From Dehalococcoidia bacterium (GTDB lineage: Bacteria; Chloroflexota; Dehalococcoidia; SZUA-161; SpSt-899), in the NCBI GenBank assembly GCA_048539495.1, contig JBLYPS010000003.1:31486-95485 (forward strand): a stretch of 64,000 nucleotides of DNA, given 5' to 3'. Shown piece after piece: positions 1 through 9,657 of this stretch. A program made the position numbers and the translations under genes. Each line of letters opens with the position of its first letter. Position 1 is the first letter of the stretch. The notes beneath the pieces are model-generated. The model was not told where the DNA came from. It worked only from the letters and a program-made list of their open reading frames with translations, and did no database searches.

Positions 1-171
1 TACTACTCTGGACGGGCTTACGCGGAGCGGCCGGATTCCTTCCTGTGGCAGAGGAAGGTTCAGGGGGTGATGAATGGTCGATAGTCAAGTGTGATACCTA
101 GTGGGAGGTTCCTGATAAGGCAACTATTTCATTTACCAGAGTAGCCTGGTCCTTGGTCAAGGAGGTGATCC

Positions 172-855
172 ATGCCTGGTTTTGAAGGAGTCTACGAACT
201 AGCTGAGGCCAGCCGATATCTCCATGCCACAGCTCCGCAAAAGCCGCCCCATTACTCAACCTTCCGTCGGTGGGTCAGAAGCGGACTGACTGTTCCTGAG
301 GCTCCCCCTATCCCGGCAAAGGGGCTGTTCATCACATTTGAAGATCTGGTCTCACTTCGAATGGTAGTTGCTCTCAGGGTGGCCGGATTTAGCCTTCAGC
401 ACATCCGTCGGGTTCACCGATGGCTTAAAGACACTACAGGTTATCCGCGACCTTTTGCCCTAAGGGATTTGTGGATTAGCGAGACCGATATTTTCATTGA
501 GATGGAAAACCTGCTCTCTGTGACACGAGGGGGCCAATACGCCATGGAATTCATAAAAGAGTGGCTCTCCCGCTTGCGCCGTCCATTAGCTGGCTCTCTT
601 GACCTTGCCTTCAGGAGAGTCGATGGGAAAGAGGTGGCATGCAGTTGGATGCCCCATTCCCACGTTTCGCTAAATCCCCTAATACATTTCGGGGCACCAT
701 GCATTGAGGGAACGCGTATACCCACCACGGCGGTGTGGGCTATGTTTTTGGGGGGCGATAAACCCGAAGCCATTGCCAGAGATTATGGTCTGCCACTTAT
801 CAAGGTGCAGTCTAGCTTGGAATGGGAGAAGAAGATTGCAAACCTCGTTTCTTGA
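172..855 (+). CDS. DUF433-domain protein with an N-terminal extension (antitoxin-like)
   Basis: The C-terminal 'HFGAPCIEGTRIPTTAVWAMFLGGDKPEAIARDYGLPLIKVQSSLEW' matches the DUF433 pattern. It is followed by a DUF5615-like ORF, as in known DUF433/DUF5615 pairs. Confidence 0.5.
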   Translation: MPGFEGVYELAEASRYLHATAPQKPPHYSTFRRWVRSGLTVPEAPPIPAKGLFITFEDLVSLRMVVALRVAGFSLQHIRRVHRWLKDTTGYPRPFALRDLWISETDIFIEMENLLSVTRGGQYAMEFIKEWLSRLRRPLAGSLDLAFRRVDGKEVACSWMPHSHVSLNPLIHFGAPCIEGTRIPTTAVWAMFLGGDKPEAIARDYGLPLIKVQSSLEWEKKIANLVS

Positions 856-901
856 GAATCAAAAACCTCTCCTCCTGATAGATGAAAGCCTCGCAGATTA
901 T

Positions 902-1252
902 ATGCTTGCTCAAGTGCTCAGGCTTGTTGATTGCAATGCTGTGGCGGTTAGGGAGCAATTTGGGGAAGGAGCCCAAGACCCTATTCTCATTCGATGGCTC
1001 GGATTGCAGAGGGGAGTATGGATTACAAGCGATGAAAGAGCGAAATGGGAACACTCTCACGAGATCAAGGATGCCGGTATTCACATTCTGTGGGTTCGAC
1101 GCCCGAAAAACCTCCGTTTCGGCAAGAAAGCTCAACTCCTGCTTATTCTCTGGGTTATTGACCCTGTCTTGCAGGAGATAGTTAACGCCAGGGGACCAGC
1201 ACAATTTCGGGCCCGCTACAGTGGCGAAAGGCCAAGGTGGGAGCGACTCTAG
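902..1252 (+). CDS. DUF5615-like (PIN-like) protein, putative partner of DUF433
   Basis: The '(LLLIDESL)ADYMLAQVLRLVDCNAVAVREQFGEGAQDPILIRWL...VWITSDERAKW' segment resembles DUF5615. The true start may lie upstream of the ATG at 902, because the motif begins around 866 without a canonical start. Confidence 0.4.
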   Translation: MLAQVLRLVDCNAVAVREQFGEGAQDPILIRWLGLQRGVWITSDERAKWEHSHEIKDAGIHILWVRRPKNLRFGKKAQLLLILWVIDPVLQEIVNARGPAQFRARYSGERPRWERL

Positions 1253-1344
1253 AGAATAGAGAGGATAAATGCACTCTCACTTGGCCTGCGTCCTCCTTCG
1301 CAGGGCTTCCTTGCCCCCCTATTTTGCGGTATAATCAAAGAGCA

Positions 1345-3834
1345 ATGACCGAGAAATATAATCCTCCAGAAATCGAAAAGAAATGGCAATCAAGGTGGGA
1401 AAAGACCCGACTCTACGCCACAAGCGAAGATAGCGACCGCCCCAAGCTCTACGAGCTGACCATGTTCCCCTATACCTCTGGTGACCTCCACATCGGACAC
1501 TGGTACGCTATGGCCCCGGCAGATGTCCATGCCAGATTCATGCGGATGAAAGGCTATAACGTGCTGCACCCGATGGGCTTCGATGCCTTCGGCCTCCCCG
1601 CGGAGAATGCGGCCATCGATCGGGATATCCATCCGCATACCTGGACGATGAAAAACGTAGAGAACATGCGTCGCCAGTTTCACACTATGGGAGCGGTCTA
1701 CGATTGGGATCGGGAGGTGGTTACCTGCTCACCGGACTACTACCGCTGGACGCAGTGGCTGTTTCTCAAGTTACATGAAGCGGGTCTGACCTATCGGGCT
1801 AAAGCCCCGGCCAACTGGTGCTCCAGATGCCAGACGGTGCTTGCCAATGAGCAAGTCACCGCCGAAGGCCGATGTGAGCGCTGCGGCACGGCGGTGATCA
1901 GGAAGGACTTAGAGCAATGGTTCTTCCGCATCACCAGGTATGCCGATGAGCTTATGCAGCATGAGGGTCTCGATTGGCCGGAGCAGGTCAAGACGATGCA
2001 GCGCAACTGGGTCGGACGGAGTGAGGGGGCTGAGATTTCCTTCAGCATCGAGGAATACGGTCTCGATGAAAAAGAGATTCGGGTATTCACCACCCGACCC
2101 GACACCACCTACGGTGTTACCTTCATGGTCCTGGCCCCGGAGCATCCCCTGGTGGAAAAACTCACCTCGCCCGAATATAAGGACCGGGTCGATGACTATG
2201 TGAACCGGGCTCGCCGCCAGTCGGAGATCGAGAGGCTCTCCACGGAGCGGGAGAGAACCGGACTCTTCATTGGTGCTTACGCCACCAACAGGCTGAATGG
2301 AGAGAAGGTGCCCATCTGGATCGCCGACTATGCGCTCTTAAGCTATGGCACCGGGGCGGTCATGGGCGTGCCGGCTCATGACCAGCGAGATTTCGAGCTG
2401 GCTAAGGAGTTTGGCATTCCGATAAAAGTAGTCGTTGCGCCTGATAGATGGAGTGGTGAGGAACTGGAGGAGGCCTACGAAGAGCCGGGCACAATGGTCA
2501 ATTCCGGCCCCTTTGATGGTCAGCCCAGCGAAGAGGGCAAGGATGCGATTGTCGCTTTCATGGAGGAAAACGGCTATGGCAAGAAGGCTGTAAGTTACCG
2601 GCTGCGCGACTGGCTCATCTCTCGTCAGCGTTACTGGGGTGCGCCGATCCCGATGGTTCATTGTCCCCGGTGCGGCATCGTGCCGGTGCCGGAGAAGGAT
2701 CTGCCGGTGCTCCTCCCCGAGGATGCCGAGTTTAAACCCACCGGAGAATCACCGCTCAAGTATTGCGAGCCCTTCGTCAATACCACCTGCCCCCGTTGCG
2801 GCAAGCCGGCACAGCGCGAGACCGATACCATGGATACCTTCGTGTGTTCTAGTTGGTACTTCCTGCGCTACTGCAGCCCGCAGCATGATGATGGGCCCTT
2901 CGATCCCCAGAGGCTGAAATACTGGCTCCCCGTAGATCTATACACCGGAGGCGTGGAGCATGCCACCATGCATCTGCTCTATGCCCGCTTCTTCATCAAG
3001 GCGCTGCGCGATATGGGGATAGTTGACTTCGGAGAATCCTTCATCAAACTTTTCAATCAAGGGAAGATTATCCGAGGGAGACAGAAGATGAGTAAGTCCC
3101 GCGGCAACGTCGTCAACCCCGATGAATACGTGGCCGAATCGGGGGCCGATGCCATGCGCGCTTATCTGATGTTCATCGGACCCTGGGAGCAGGGGGGAGA
3201 GTGGAACGATAATGGTCTGATCGGCATCACGCGATGGCTCAATAGAATCTGGAATCTGGTACTGGCTGAAACCGAAATCGTGTCCGTGGGCCGTGGCCCG
3301 TGTCCGGACACGGGGGAGGGACACGGGGGACGGACACGGGGGACGGACAAGGAGCTACGGCGCGTGACCCATCAAACCATCAAGAAGGTAAATCAAGACC
3401 TGGAGAGATTCCACTTCAACACCATGCTGGCGGCGCTGATGGAGTTTACCAATTACCTCGCCAGGCTTAAGGAAATATGTGCGGTCAAAGATAGCCCGGC
3501 CTGGAAGGAAGCCATTGATGCCTTGCTTCTGTTGCTGGCGCCGGCTGTCCCTCACCTGGCGGAGGAGCTCTGGGAGCGGACCGGCCACCCCTACAGCATA
3601 CACCATCAGCCATTTCCTGTCTGGCAGGAGGAACTGGTAGCCGAAGAGGAGTTCACCCTGGTGATCCAGATAAACGGGAAAGTTCGCGATAAGGTGTCTG
3701 TCCCGGTTTCTATCTCCGAGGCTGAGGTCAGGGAATTAGTCCTGAGCCGGGAGCGAATTAAGGCTCAAGTAAGGCACCCGATTGTCAGGGTGATATATGT
3801 GACGGGACGTTTGGTGAACATTGTGGTGAAGTAA
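1345..3834 (+). CDS. leuS: Leucyl-tRNA synthetase
   Basis: HIGH-type 'TSGDLHIGH' and 'KMSKS' motifs and a class I LeuS architecture. The start is set at the ATG encoding MTEKYNPPEIEKKWQ. A TATAAT box sits at 1330-1335. Confidence 0.95.
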   Translation: MTEKYNPPEIEKKWQSRWEKTRLYATSEDSDRPKLYELTMFPYTSGDLHIGHWYAMAPADVHARFMRMKGYNVLHPMGFDAFGLPAENAAIDRDIHPHTWTMKNVENMRRQFHTMGAVYDWDREVVTCSPDYYRWTQWLFLKLHEAGLTYRAKAPANWCSRCQTVLANEQVTAEGRCERCGTAVIRKDLEQWFFRITRYADELMQHEGLDWPEQVKTMQRNWVGRSEGAEISFSIEEYGLDEKEIRVFTTRPDTTYGVTFMVLAPEHPLVEKLTSPEYKDRVDDYVNRARRQSEIERLSTERERTGLFIGAYATNRLNGEKVPIWIADYALLSYGTGAVMGVPAHDQRDFELAKEFGIPIKVVVAPDRWSGEELEEAYEEPGTMVNSGPFDGQPSEEGKDAIVAFMEENGYGKKAVSYRLRDWLISRQRYWGAPIPMVHCPRCGIVPVPEKDLPVLLPEDAEFKPTGESPLKYCEPFVNTTCPRCGKPAQRETDTMDTFVCSSWYFLRYCSPQHDDGPFDPQRLKYWLPVDLYTGGVEHATMHLLYARFFIKALRDMGIVDFGESFIKLFNQGKIIRGRQKMSKSRGNVVNPDEYVAESGADAMRAYLMFIGPWEQGGEWNDNGLIGITRWLNRIWNLVLAETEIVSVGRGPCPDTGEGHGGRTRGTDKELRRVTHQTIKKVNQDLERFHFNTMLAALMEFTNYLARLKEICAVKDSPAWKEAIDALLLLLAPAVPHLAEELWERTGHPYSIHHQPFPVWQEELVAEEEFTLVIQINGKVRDKVSVPVSISEAEVRELVLSRERIKAQVRHPIVRVIYVTGRLVNIVVK
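3279..3352. repeat. In-frame intragenic tandem-unit palindromic insertion in leuS
   Basis: The sequence 'gtgtccgtgggccgtggcccgtgtccggacacgggggagggacacgggggacggacacgggggacggacaagg' encodes VSVGRGPCPDTGEGHGGRTRGTDKE. It lies between conserved LeuS segments and has the G-rich-core-plus-repeated-unit architecture. Confidence 0.6.
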
Positions 3835-3837
3835 CTT

Positions 3838-4101
3838 GACATTGTCACATTTCAATGTCATTGCGAGGAGCGTAAGCGACGAAGCAATCTCCAATGAAGA
3901 GATTGCTTTGCTTCGCTCGCAATGACAGAAAGAAGGTGATTGGTTACACTTTATCGGATGTTCCATTTTTAAGGGCTTGCTAGATTCGGAAATAAATGCC
4001 TACACAGTGAATTTTATAAGGGTTGAAAAGGCAAATTCGTATCTGTTTTTAGTGATTTTCACGGATAACGGGTGGAACATCCGCTTTAATGTGACAATGT
4101 C
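3838..4101. mobile_element. MITE-like element with 14-bp terminal inverted repeats and a central ~30-bp hairpin
   Basis: The terminal inverted repeats are 'gacattgtcacatt' (3838-3851) and 'aatgtgacaatgtc' (4088-4101). The internal hairpin pairs 'gtcattgcgaggagcgtaagcgacgaagcaatctc' with 'gagattgctttgcttcgctcgcaatgac'. A related copy is at 58921-59040. Confidence 0.55.
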
Positions 4102-4120
4102 AGGGTAATAAGGAGGTTTG

Positions 4121-4372
4121 ATGCGTTCTGACCTGATTGGTAAGATTGAGAAGGCTCATCGCTACGCCGGGGAGCGAGATCGAATCACCATCCGGGATTT
4201 CAATGTGGATTTCCGAGGGGAGCATGGCACCTACATAACCGGTTATAACGGCGAGAAATGGCATTGTGCCTGTAACTTCTTCGCCAAATGGGAGACCTGC
4301 AGCCACGTCATGGCATTGCAGAAGATCCTCGGAATTATGCTCCCCGAGGAAGCTCGCTCCTCGTTTGAGTAG
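4121..4372 (+). CDS. Small SWIM-type zinc-finger protein (hypothetical)
   Basis: A CxC...CxH pattern 'WHCACNFFAKWETCSHV' is present. An AGGAGG ribosome-binding site sits 4 nt upstream of the ATG. Confidence 0.5.
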   Translation: MRSDLIGKIEKAHRYAGERDRITIRDFNVDFRGEHGTYITGYNGEKWHCACNFFAKWETCSHVMALQKILGIMLPEEARSSFE

Positions 4373-4417
4373 GGTCATAGGGATACAAACAGTACGTAGA
4401 GGGCGCTTGCATAGAAA

Positions 4418-4470
4418 GGCGGGGGACAAGCCCCCGCGCTGCGTAGCGCCGAGGTTTGTCCTCGGCAACC
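4418..4470. repeat. Double-hairpin REP-like element (family G) between convergent genes
   Basis: It contains the palindromes 'gggggacaagccccc' and 'gccgaggtttgtcctcggc'. An inverted copy is at 33235-33300. It may act as a bidirectional terminator. Confidence 0.5.
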
Positions 4471-4484
4471 TGAAAGGCGCTTAC

Positions 4485-5729
4485 TTAAAACCTCCGGAAA
4501 ACCAGACAGGCGTTCTGCCCCCCAAACCCAAAGCTATTGGAAAGTACTACCCTAACATCCCTCTTGCTAGCCACATTAGGCACGTAATCGAGGTCGCATT
4601 CCGGGTCAGGGGTTTCGTAGTTGATGGTTGGATGGACAATTCCCTCGTTGAGCGTCTTCACACAGGCAATGGCCTCCACTCCCCCGGCAGCCCCCAGGAG
4701 ATGCCCGATCATAGACTTGGTGGAACTGATGGATACTTTATAGGCATGGTCCCCAAAGAGTCTCTTTATTGCCCGAGTCTCGGAGACATCATTTAGAGGA
4801 GTTGATGTTCCGTGAGCATTGATGTAATCAATATCGCTGGGGGCCAGCCCGGCATCTTCAATCGCCGATCGCATGGCTCTCATGGCCCCATCGGAGTCGA
4901 TAGCCACCGCATGATAGGCATCGGAGGAGATGCCGAAACCTGCTAGCTCAGCCAGAATCGGAGCGCCGCGACTGGTGGCGTGTTCAAGGCTTTCTAAGAC
5001 AAGAACCCCTGCCCCCTCGGCAGGAACGAACCCATCCCGGTTGGCATCGAAGGGACAGCTGGCTTTAGTGGGTTCTTCGTTGCGGCTGGTCAGCGCCTTC
5101 ATCACGGCAAAACCGGCGATACCGATCGCCGTTATTCCCGCCTCGGTGCCTCCGGCGACCATCACCTCAGCGCTGCCCCGTCGAATTACCTCCGCGGCCT
5201 CGCCGATGGCCTGAGTAGCGGCAGCACACGCCGTTGACACCGTAGAGGTGTATCCCTTAAGTCCGAATGCAATGCTTACGTGACCGGCAGCCAGGTTGGT
5301 CAGAATTATAGGCATGAAGAAGGGGTTGAGCCGCATCCCGCCTCTGGTAGTCAATGTCCGGCAGCCATCTTCGATCTCAGGTAGCCCTCCGATACCGTTG
5401 CCCAGGTACACGCCCAGCCGTTCCGGGTCCTCCTTTAGCAGATTGAGCTCGGCATCCTCTACAGCCATCCCCACAGCGGCTATTGCAAACTGACTGAACC
5501 GACCCATGTGTCGTGCCTCTTTACGCTCCATGAAATTCACCGGGTCGAAGCCTTTCACCTCGCCAGCGACCTTGCAGGAGAGGTTAGAAGGGTCGAAATG
5601 GGTGATTCGCCCGATACCAGACCTTCCCTCTACCAGGCCCTGCCAGTATTGGTCAACGTTGAGTCCCAGAGGCGTTATTGCCCCGAGTCCGGTGACGACA
5701 ACGCGATTGCGATTCCTTGCATCCTTCAT
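4485..5729 (-). CDS. fabF: 3-oxoacyl-ACP synthase II
   Basis: The 414-aa product has a KAS II N-terminus 'RVVVTGLGAITPLG' and the C-terminal 'GHLLGAAG...NSFGFGGQNA' motifs. Confidence 0.9.
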   Translation of the reverse strand: MKDARNRNRVVVTGLGAITPLGLNVDQYWQGLVEGRSGIGRITHFDPSNLSCKVAGEVKGFDPVNFMERKEARHMGRFSQFAIAAVGMAVEDAELNLLKEDPERLGVYLGNGIGGLPEIEDGCRTLTTRGGMRLNPFFMPIILTNLAAGHVSIAFGLKGYTSTVSTACAAATQAIGEAAEVIRRGSAEVMVAGGTEAGITAIGIAGFAVMKALTSRNEEPTKASCPFDANRDGFVPAEGAGVLVLESLEHATSRGAPILAELAGFGISSDAYHAVAIDSDGAMRAMRSAIEDAGLAPSDIDYINAHGTSTPLNDVSETRAIKRLFGDHAYKVSISSTKSMIGHLLGAAGGVEAIACVKTLNEGIVHPTINYETPDPECDLDYVPNVASKRDVRVVLSNSFGFGGQNACLVFRRF

Positions 5730-5743
5730 TGAATCCCCCTTTT

Positions 5744-5822
5744 TAGGCTGAAGCCTGTTAGGCTATTAGTAGGCTATTAGGCTCCTTCAGCCTTCAGCCT
5801 AATAACCTTCAGCCTAATACTG
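5744..5822. repeat. Family B palindromic repeat (GGCTGAAGG...TTAGGCTATTAGGC...CCTTCAGCC)
   Basis: The sequence is 'aggctgaagcctgttaggctattagtaggctattaggctccttcagccttcagcctaataaccttcagcc'. It overlaps the folC stop codon. Confidence 0.5.
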
Positions 5823-7182
5823 TTGGCTGTATGCTAAACTTGGGATAGCGCTCACCGGATATACCTCGGGCCTTTTCGATGACTTCGGCAACGACGAAGA
5901 GCGATCCGGTGGCGCAGATAAGGTCTCGCTTCCCGGCCTGCGCCAGCGCCGCGGAGACCGCCTGGGCGACGTTTTCCACTGCTTGAGCTTCCACTCCCTG
6001 TCGCTCAAATTCCTGGGCCAGTGCCTTTGCGGCAACGGCGCGAGGGTGCTGGGCGGCGGTAGTTATTACCTTATCGAAGAACGGCGCCAACTCGGCTATT
6101 ATCGCCGAGCAATCCTTGTCGCCAGAAATCCCGATGATCAGAATCGCCCGATCAAAGCGGAAGTATCGCTGGAGCGCCTCTCTGAGCCTCCTGGCCGAGT
6201 CGTCATTATGGGCGCCGTCGGCGATCAGGAGAGGTTCACGCTGTAGAATTTCGATTCTCCCCGGCCAGCGAACATTGGCCAGCCCGGAGATAATGTGGTG
6301 TTTCTCGATATCAAGAGTTTCCAATGCAGCGACGGCGGTGGCCGCATTCTCGAGCTGGTGCTCACCAAGTAATGGGATGGTGAGGTCGTACTGACTTTTT
6401 CGCCCTCTTATATTCACTGTTTGGGACTCTAAACTGAAGTCTTTTCCCTGCCAGGTTATCTCCTCTCCCACCATGATGAGTTTGGCCTCTTTCTTGAGGC
6501 AAATCTCGCGGATTACATCTGCTGCTTCGTCAACCTGGGGAGAGCTGATCACCGTGACACCGGGCTTTATGATTCCGGCCTCTTCGGCTGCTATCTGCGG
6601 GATGGTATCGCCGAGAACAGCGGTGTGGTCCCGGCTTATCGAGGTGACAACACACACCTCTGTGCGTGCCACGTTGGTAGCATCGAGTCGCCCTCCAAGG
6701 CCCGCCTCCACCACCAGAAAGGCCGCCTCTTGCTTCTGGAAATAGTGGAAGGCCATGGCGGTAAGAATCTCAAAGGTGCTCAGTTCCTCTGACTGGCCTC
6801 TATTTGTTGCCTCGATCTCAGGCTTTATCTCAGAGAGAAGCTCGGCAAACTCGTGCTCCGCGATGAGCTGCCCATCGATTCTTATCCGCTCGCGCATAGT
6901 GTGCAGATGTGGGGAGGTGTAGAATCCGGTGCGGAACCCCGCAACGCTGAGAGTTGAAGCGATCATCGCCGCCGTGCTGCCCTTTCCCTTTGACCCGGCG
7001 ATATGGACCGTCCTTGTTCTTAGATGGGGGGAACCCAATCGCCGAAGCAGATCCTCCATGCGCCGCAGGTCGAACCGGGCAGCATACCCAAATCCAGGCC
7101 AGCGCTCATAATCGGTAAAGCTCAAGATATAATCGAGGGCTGCTTGATAATTCATTGGACTCTTAAACCACCATAAACTCAA
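5809..7182 (-). CDS. folC: Folylpolyglutamate synthase / dihydrofolate synthase
   Basis: Mur-ligase P-loop 'GSKGKGSTAAMIASTL' and a FolC-like domain order. The start could be M1 or M10. Confidence 0.85.
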   Translation of the reverse strand: MSLWWFKSPMNYQAALDYILSFTDYERWPGFGYAARFDLRRMEDLLRRLGSPHLRTRTVHIAGSKGKGSTAAMIASTLSVAGFRTGFYTSPHLHTMRERIRIDGQLIAEHEFAELLSEIKPEIEATNRGQSEELSTFEILTAMAFHYFQKQEAAFLVVEAGLGGRLDATNVARTEVCVVTSISRDHTAVLGDTIPQIAAEEAGIIKPGVTVISSPQVDEAADVIREICLKKEAKLIMVGEEITWQGKDFSLESQTVNIRGRKSQYDLTIPLLGEHQLENAATAVAALETLDIEKHHIISGLANVRWPGRIEILQREPLLIADGAHNDDSARRLREALQRYFRFDRAILIIGISGDKDCSAIIAELAPFFDKVITTAAQHPRAVAAKALAQEFERQGVEAQAVENVAQAVSAALAQAGKRDLICATGSLFVVAEVIEKARGISGERYPKFSIQPTVLG

Positions 7183-7235
7183 CTTTCTATCTACGGGAGA
7201 TCACTTTTAATTTCCCGTTAACTGCCGGGCGTCAA

Positions 7236-7802
7236 TTATGCTGTTTCCGCTTCGTTCGTTAACCGTTTCCATAATGATTCAATGTCTAATGTCTTTACCC
7301 AATGTTTCAAGTAATCTATATCTAATTGCCCATACTGCACTTCATAAACTCGTAGGGCATCGGTAAATTGCTTTTCACTTCCACCAGAAAGTTTTGCCCA
7401 TCTCAATTTGGCTAAAATTGTGTCCTCTGGGGTTGAAACTTGCATTTCTACGCCCATAAATTGTTCACTAATCTTGCGTGAAAAACGTACCTGGTCAAAA
7501 GGTTCGTCGGTTAATATCCAAAAATCAACTTTATCTCCGGCGGTTACATCAATTAGATTAAACATACTCTGCTTGTTGATTGCCTCAAAAATACTATCTT
7601 CATCTAAATAAAAAACGGGTGCTGGAAAAGCTTCGATCAATTTCTTTACTGCTGATATTTGAATAGCAATGACCATATCTATATCATGGGTAGACCGCGG
7701 TTCACCTTGTAAGCTTGAGACAATAGAACCGGTTATCATATATTGGATTCCAGCTTGATCGAGTGCTTGAATGACCTTTTTTAATAATTCCTGTTGTGAC
7801 AT
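7236..7802 (-). CDS. Nucleotidyltransferase-fold protein (MNT-like), low GC
   Basis: The minimal nucleotidyltransferase motif 'ITGSIVSSLQGEPRSTHDIDMVIAI' is present. The region is AT-rich relative to its flanks and overlaps the upstream HEPN-like ORF. Confidence 0.45.
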   Translation of the reverse strand: MSQQELLKKVIQALDQAGIQYMITGSIVSSLQGEPRSTHDIDMVIAIQISAVKKLIEAFPAPVFYLDEDSIFEAINKQSMFNLIDVTAGDKVDFWILTDEPFDQVRFSRKISEQFMGVEMQVSTPEDTILAKLRWAKLSGGSEKQFTDALRVYEVQYGQLDIDYLKHWVKTLDIESLWKRLTNEAETA

Positions 7803-8107
7803 TTATCCAGACGCTTCAAAAGTATTTTTTGGAATTCTTCATCTTGAAGATTCGGAAATCTCTCGTGTAATCCATGAATAAAAAGTTGCCTGGCAAATTC
7901 AGATAACTCAAATGCCTTAAGCAACCTTTTTTCAGGCGACATTTGACGAAGTACTTGAAGGTATATCTTATGATTGGGACGGTTTTTAATATTCATAAAT
8001 CCCTCACAATTCTCATTGAATGTGTTATATACGATTTTAAGATTCCTATTCTTCATTATATCATATTGCAGCCAGAGCAAGACCACTATTGCCATATGGG
8101 ATTCCAA
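7781..8107 (-). CDS. HEPN-like small protein (putative toxin partner of the nucleotidyltransferase)
   Basis: An Rx4H motif 'ARQLFIH' is present. The 108-aa product overlaps the nucleotidyltransferase gene by 22 nt, and the region is AT-rich. Confidence 0.4.
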   Translation of the reverse strand: MESHMAIVVLLWLQYDIMKNRNLKIVYNTFNENCEGFMNIKNRPNHKIYLQVLRQMSPEKRLLKAFELSEFARQLFIHGLHERFPNLQDEEFQKILLKRLDKCHNRNY

Positions 8108-8127
8108 TGGTTTATACTAAAGGCAAT

Positions 8128-9048
8128 ATGAAAAGTAAGGATTTACTCTCCGTAGCCGACCTCAGCGGCGGTGATCTCCAGCGCATCCTGGATAGTGCAC
8201 TGGCCATGAAGCGAAAGGGCACTGAGCCCTTATTGGCAGGTCAAACCCTGGCGATGATCTTCGAGAAACCGTCGCTACGCACAAGGGTTAGCTTTGATGT
8301 GGCGATGTATCAACTTGGCGGCCATGCCATCTACCTCGCCGGGGGGGAAGTCGGTTTGGGCACAAGGGAGCCCATGAAGGATATCGCTCAGGTGCTCAGC
8401 CGCTATGCCAACTTGATTCTGGCGCGGACCTTTGCCCACAGCACTGTCGAGTCCCTGGCACACTACTCCACCGTGCCGGTAATCAATGGCCTCTCCGATC
8501 GCGAGCATCCCTGTCAGGCCATCTCCGATCTCCTGACGATCTATGAGAAGAAAGGCGAACTTGAGGGCCTGATGGTGGCCTATATCGGGGATGGCAACAA
8601 TGTGGCGGCAAGCCTTCTCTTAGCCTGCGCTCTGGCCGGAAGCAATTTTAAATTCGCCTCTCCCAGGGGTTATGAGATTGAGAACGAGATCATGGGCGCT
8701 GCGAGGCAAATCGCTGCCACGAGCAAAGCTGAAGTGGTCGTTGCCAAAAGTCCGCAGGCTGCCGCTAGAGGGGCTGATGTGGTCTACACCGATGTCTGGA
8801 CCAGCATGGGGCAGGAGGCCGAGCGCGAGAAGCGCCGCCGGGATTTCGCCGCTTACCAGGTCACCGCCGAGCTTCTGGCTCAGGCGAAGCCCGACGCCAT
8901 CCTGATGCACCCCATGCCGGTGCATCACGGCGAGGAGTTGGCTGAGAGACTCATCGACTGCCCCCAGTCGGTGCTCATTGACCAGGCGGAGAATCGTCTG
9001 CATGCCCAGAAGGCGATTCTGGTGGAGATGGCGCGCAAGGGGGAATAA
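8128..9048 (+). CDS. argF: Ornithine carbamoyltransferase
   Basis: Motifs 'STRTRVSF', 'HPCQ' and the 'DVWTSMGQE' region match ornithine carbamoyltransferase. The start is at MKSKDLL. Confidence 0.9.
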   Translation: MKSKDLLSVADLSGGDLQRILDSALAMKRKGTEPLLAGQTLAMIFEKPSLRTRVSFDVAMYQLGGHAIYLAGGEVGLGTREPMKDIAQVLSRYANLILARTFAHSTVESLAHYSTVPVINGLSDREHPCQAISDLLTIYEKKGELEGLMVAYIGDGNNVAASLLLACALAGSNFKFASPRGYEIENEIMGAARQIAATSKAEVVVAKSPQAAARGADVVYTDVWTSMGQEAEREKRRRDFAAYQVTAELLAQAKPDAILMHPMPVHHGEELAERLIDCPQSVLIDQAENRLHAQKAILVEMARKGE

Positions 9049-9065
9049 GGCAAAGAGTGTAAGGG

Positions 9066-9398
9066 TTGCCCATAAAACCGGATATACTGCTAAATGATGG
9101 CGATACGATATCATTCGGGAATATAGAACTCCATGTCTTGCACACACCGGGACACACCCCCGGCAGCGTATGTTTCCTGACGGGGAATCACCTGATATCA
9201 GGGGACACCATCTTCCCCAGTGGGCCCGGGAGGACGGGCTCGCCCGATCAACTGCGGCAAATAATCGAATCCATCACCAGCAAGATATTAGTGCTCCCCG
9301 ATGACACCCGAGTTTATCCCGGACACGGCGATTCTACAATGGTGGAGAAGTCGGCTATGTTTGCCCAGTTGAATCTGGCTACCGATCCCCGAATGTAG
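9066..9398 (+). pseudogene. C-terminal fragment of an MBL-fold metallo-hydrolase (glyoxalase II-like)
   Basis: It retains 'HTPGHTPGS' and the distal 'GHGDST' motifs but lacks the N-terminal HxHxDH zinc-binding motif. It starts immediately after argF. Confidence 0.5.
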
Positions 9399-9657
9399 CC
9401 GGCGGGCCTTATGCCGTTGTTCTGACTTGAAAACAGCCTGGCTATCGTATCTGCCAGGATTTGGGGAGCGTTGCCGGCAACTACGTAGCCCGTCTCGCCG
9501 TGCCGTATCACCCTCTCTTTCTGGTGCAATTACGAAGTCCGCATAATCGCAGGTATCCGGGCTGCCGATAAAGGAAGCCCTGTTCCAGAGACATAACTCC
9601 CTCCATGCCGGGGCAAGACTGACAAAGGTCTCCCGGGTAAGGCTATAGCTCATGGGC

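Noticed and set aside
1253-1344. T-box leaders upstream of leuS, tyrS, serS and lysS
   Set aside because: The leaders are far too short (4-90 nt) to hold a T-box. lysS follows greA directly, and serS and tyrS follow upstream genes with gaps under 45 nt.
1390-3606. Numerous antisense or overlapping ORFs inside leuS, polA, fusA, secY and others (for example 1390-1683, 2338-2661, 25582-25866, 60033-60410)
   Set aside because: They lie entirely within strongly supported conserved genes, show a high-GC third-position artefact pattern, and have no start or ribosome-binding context.
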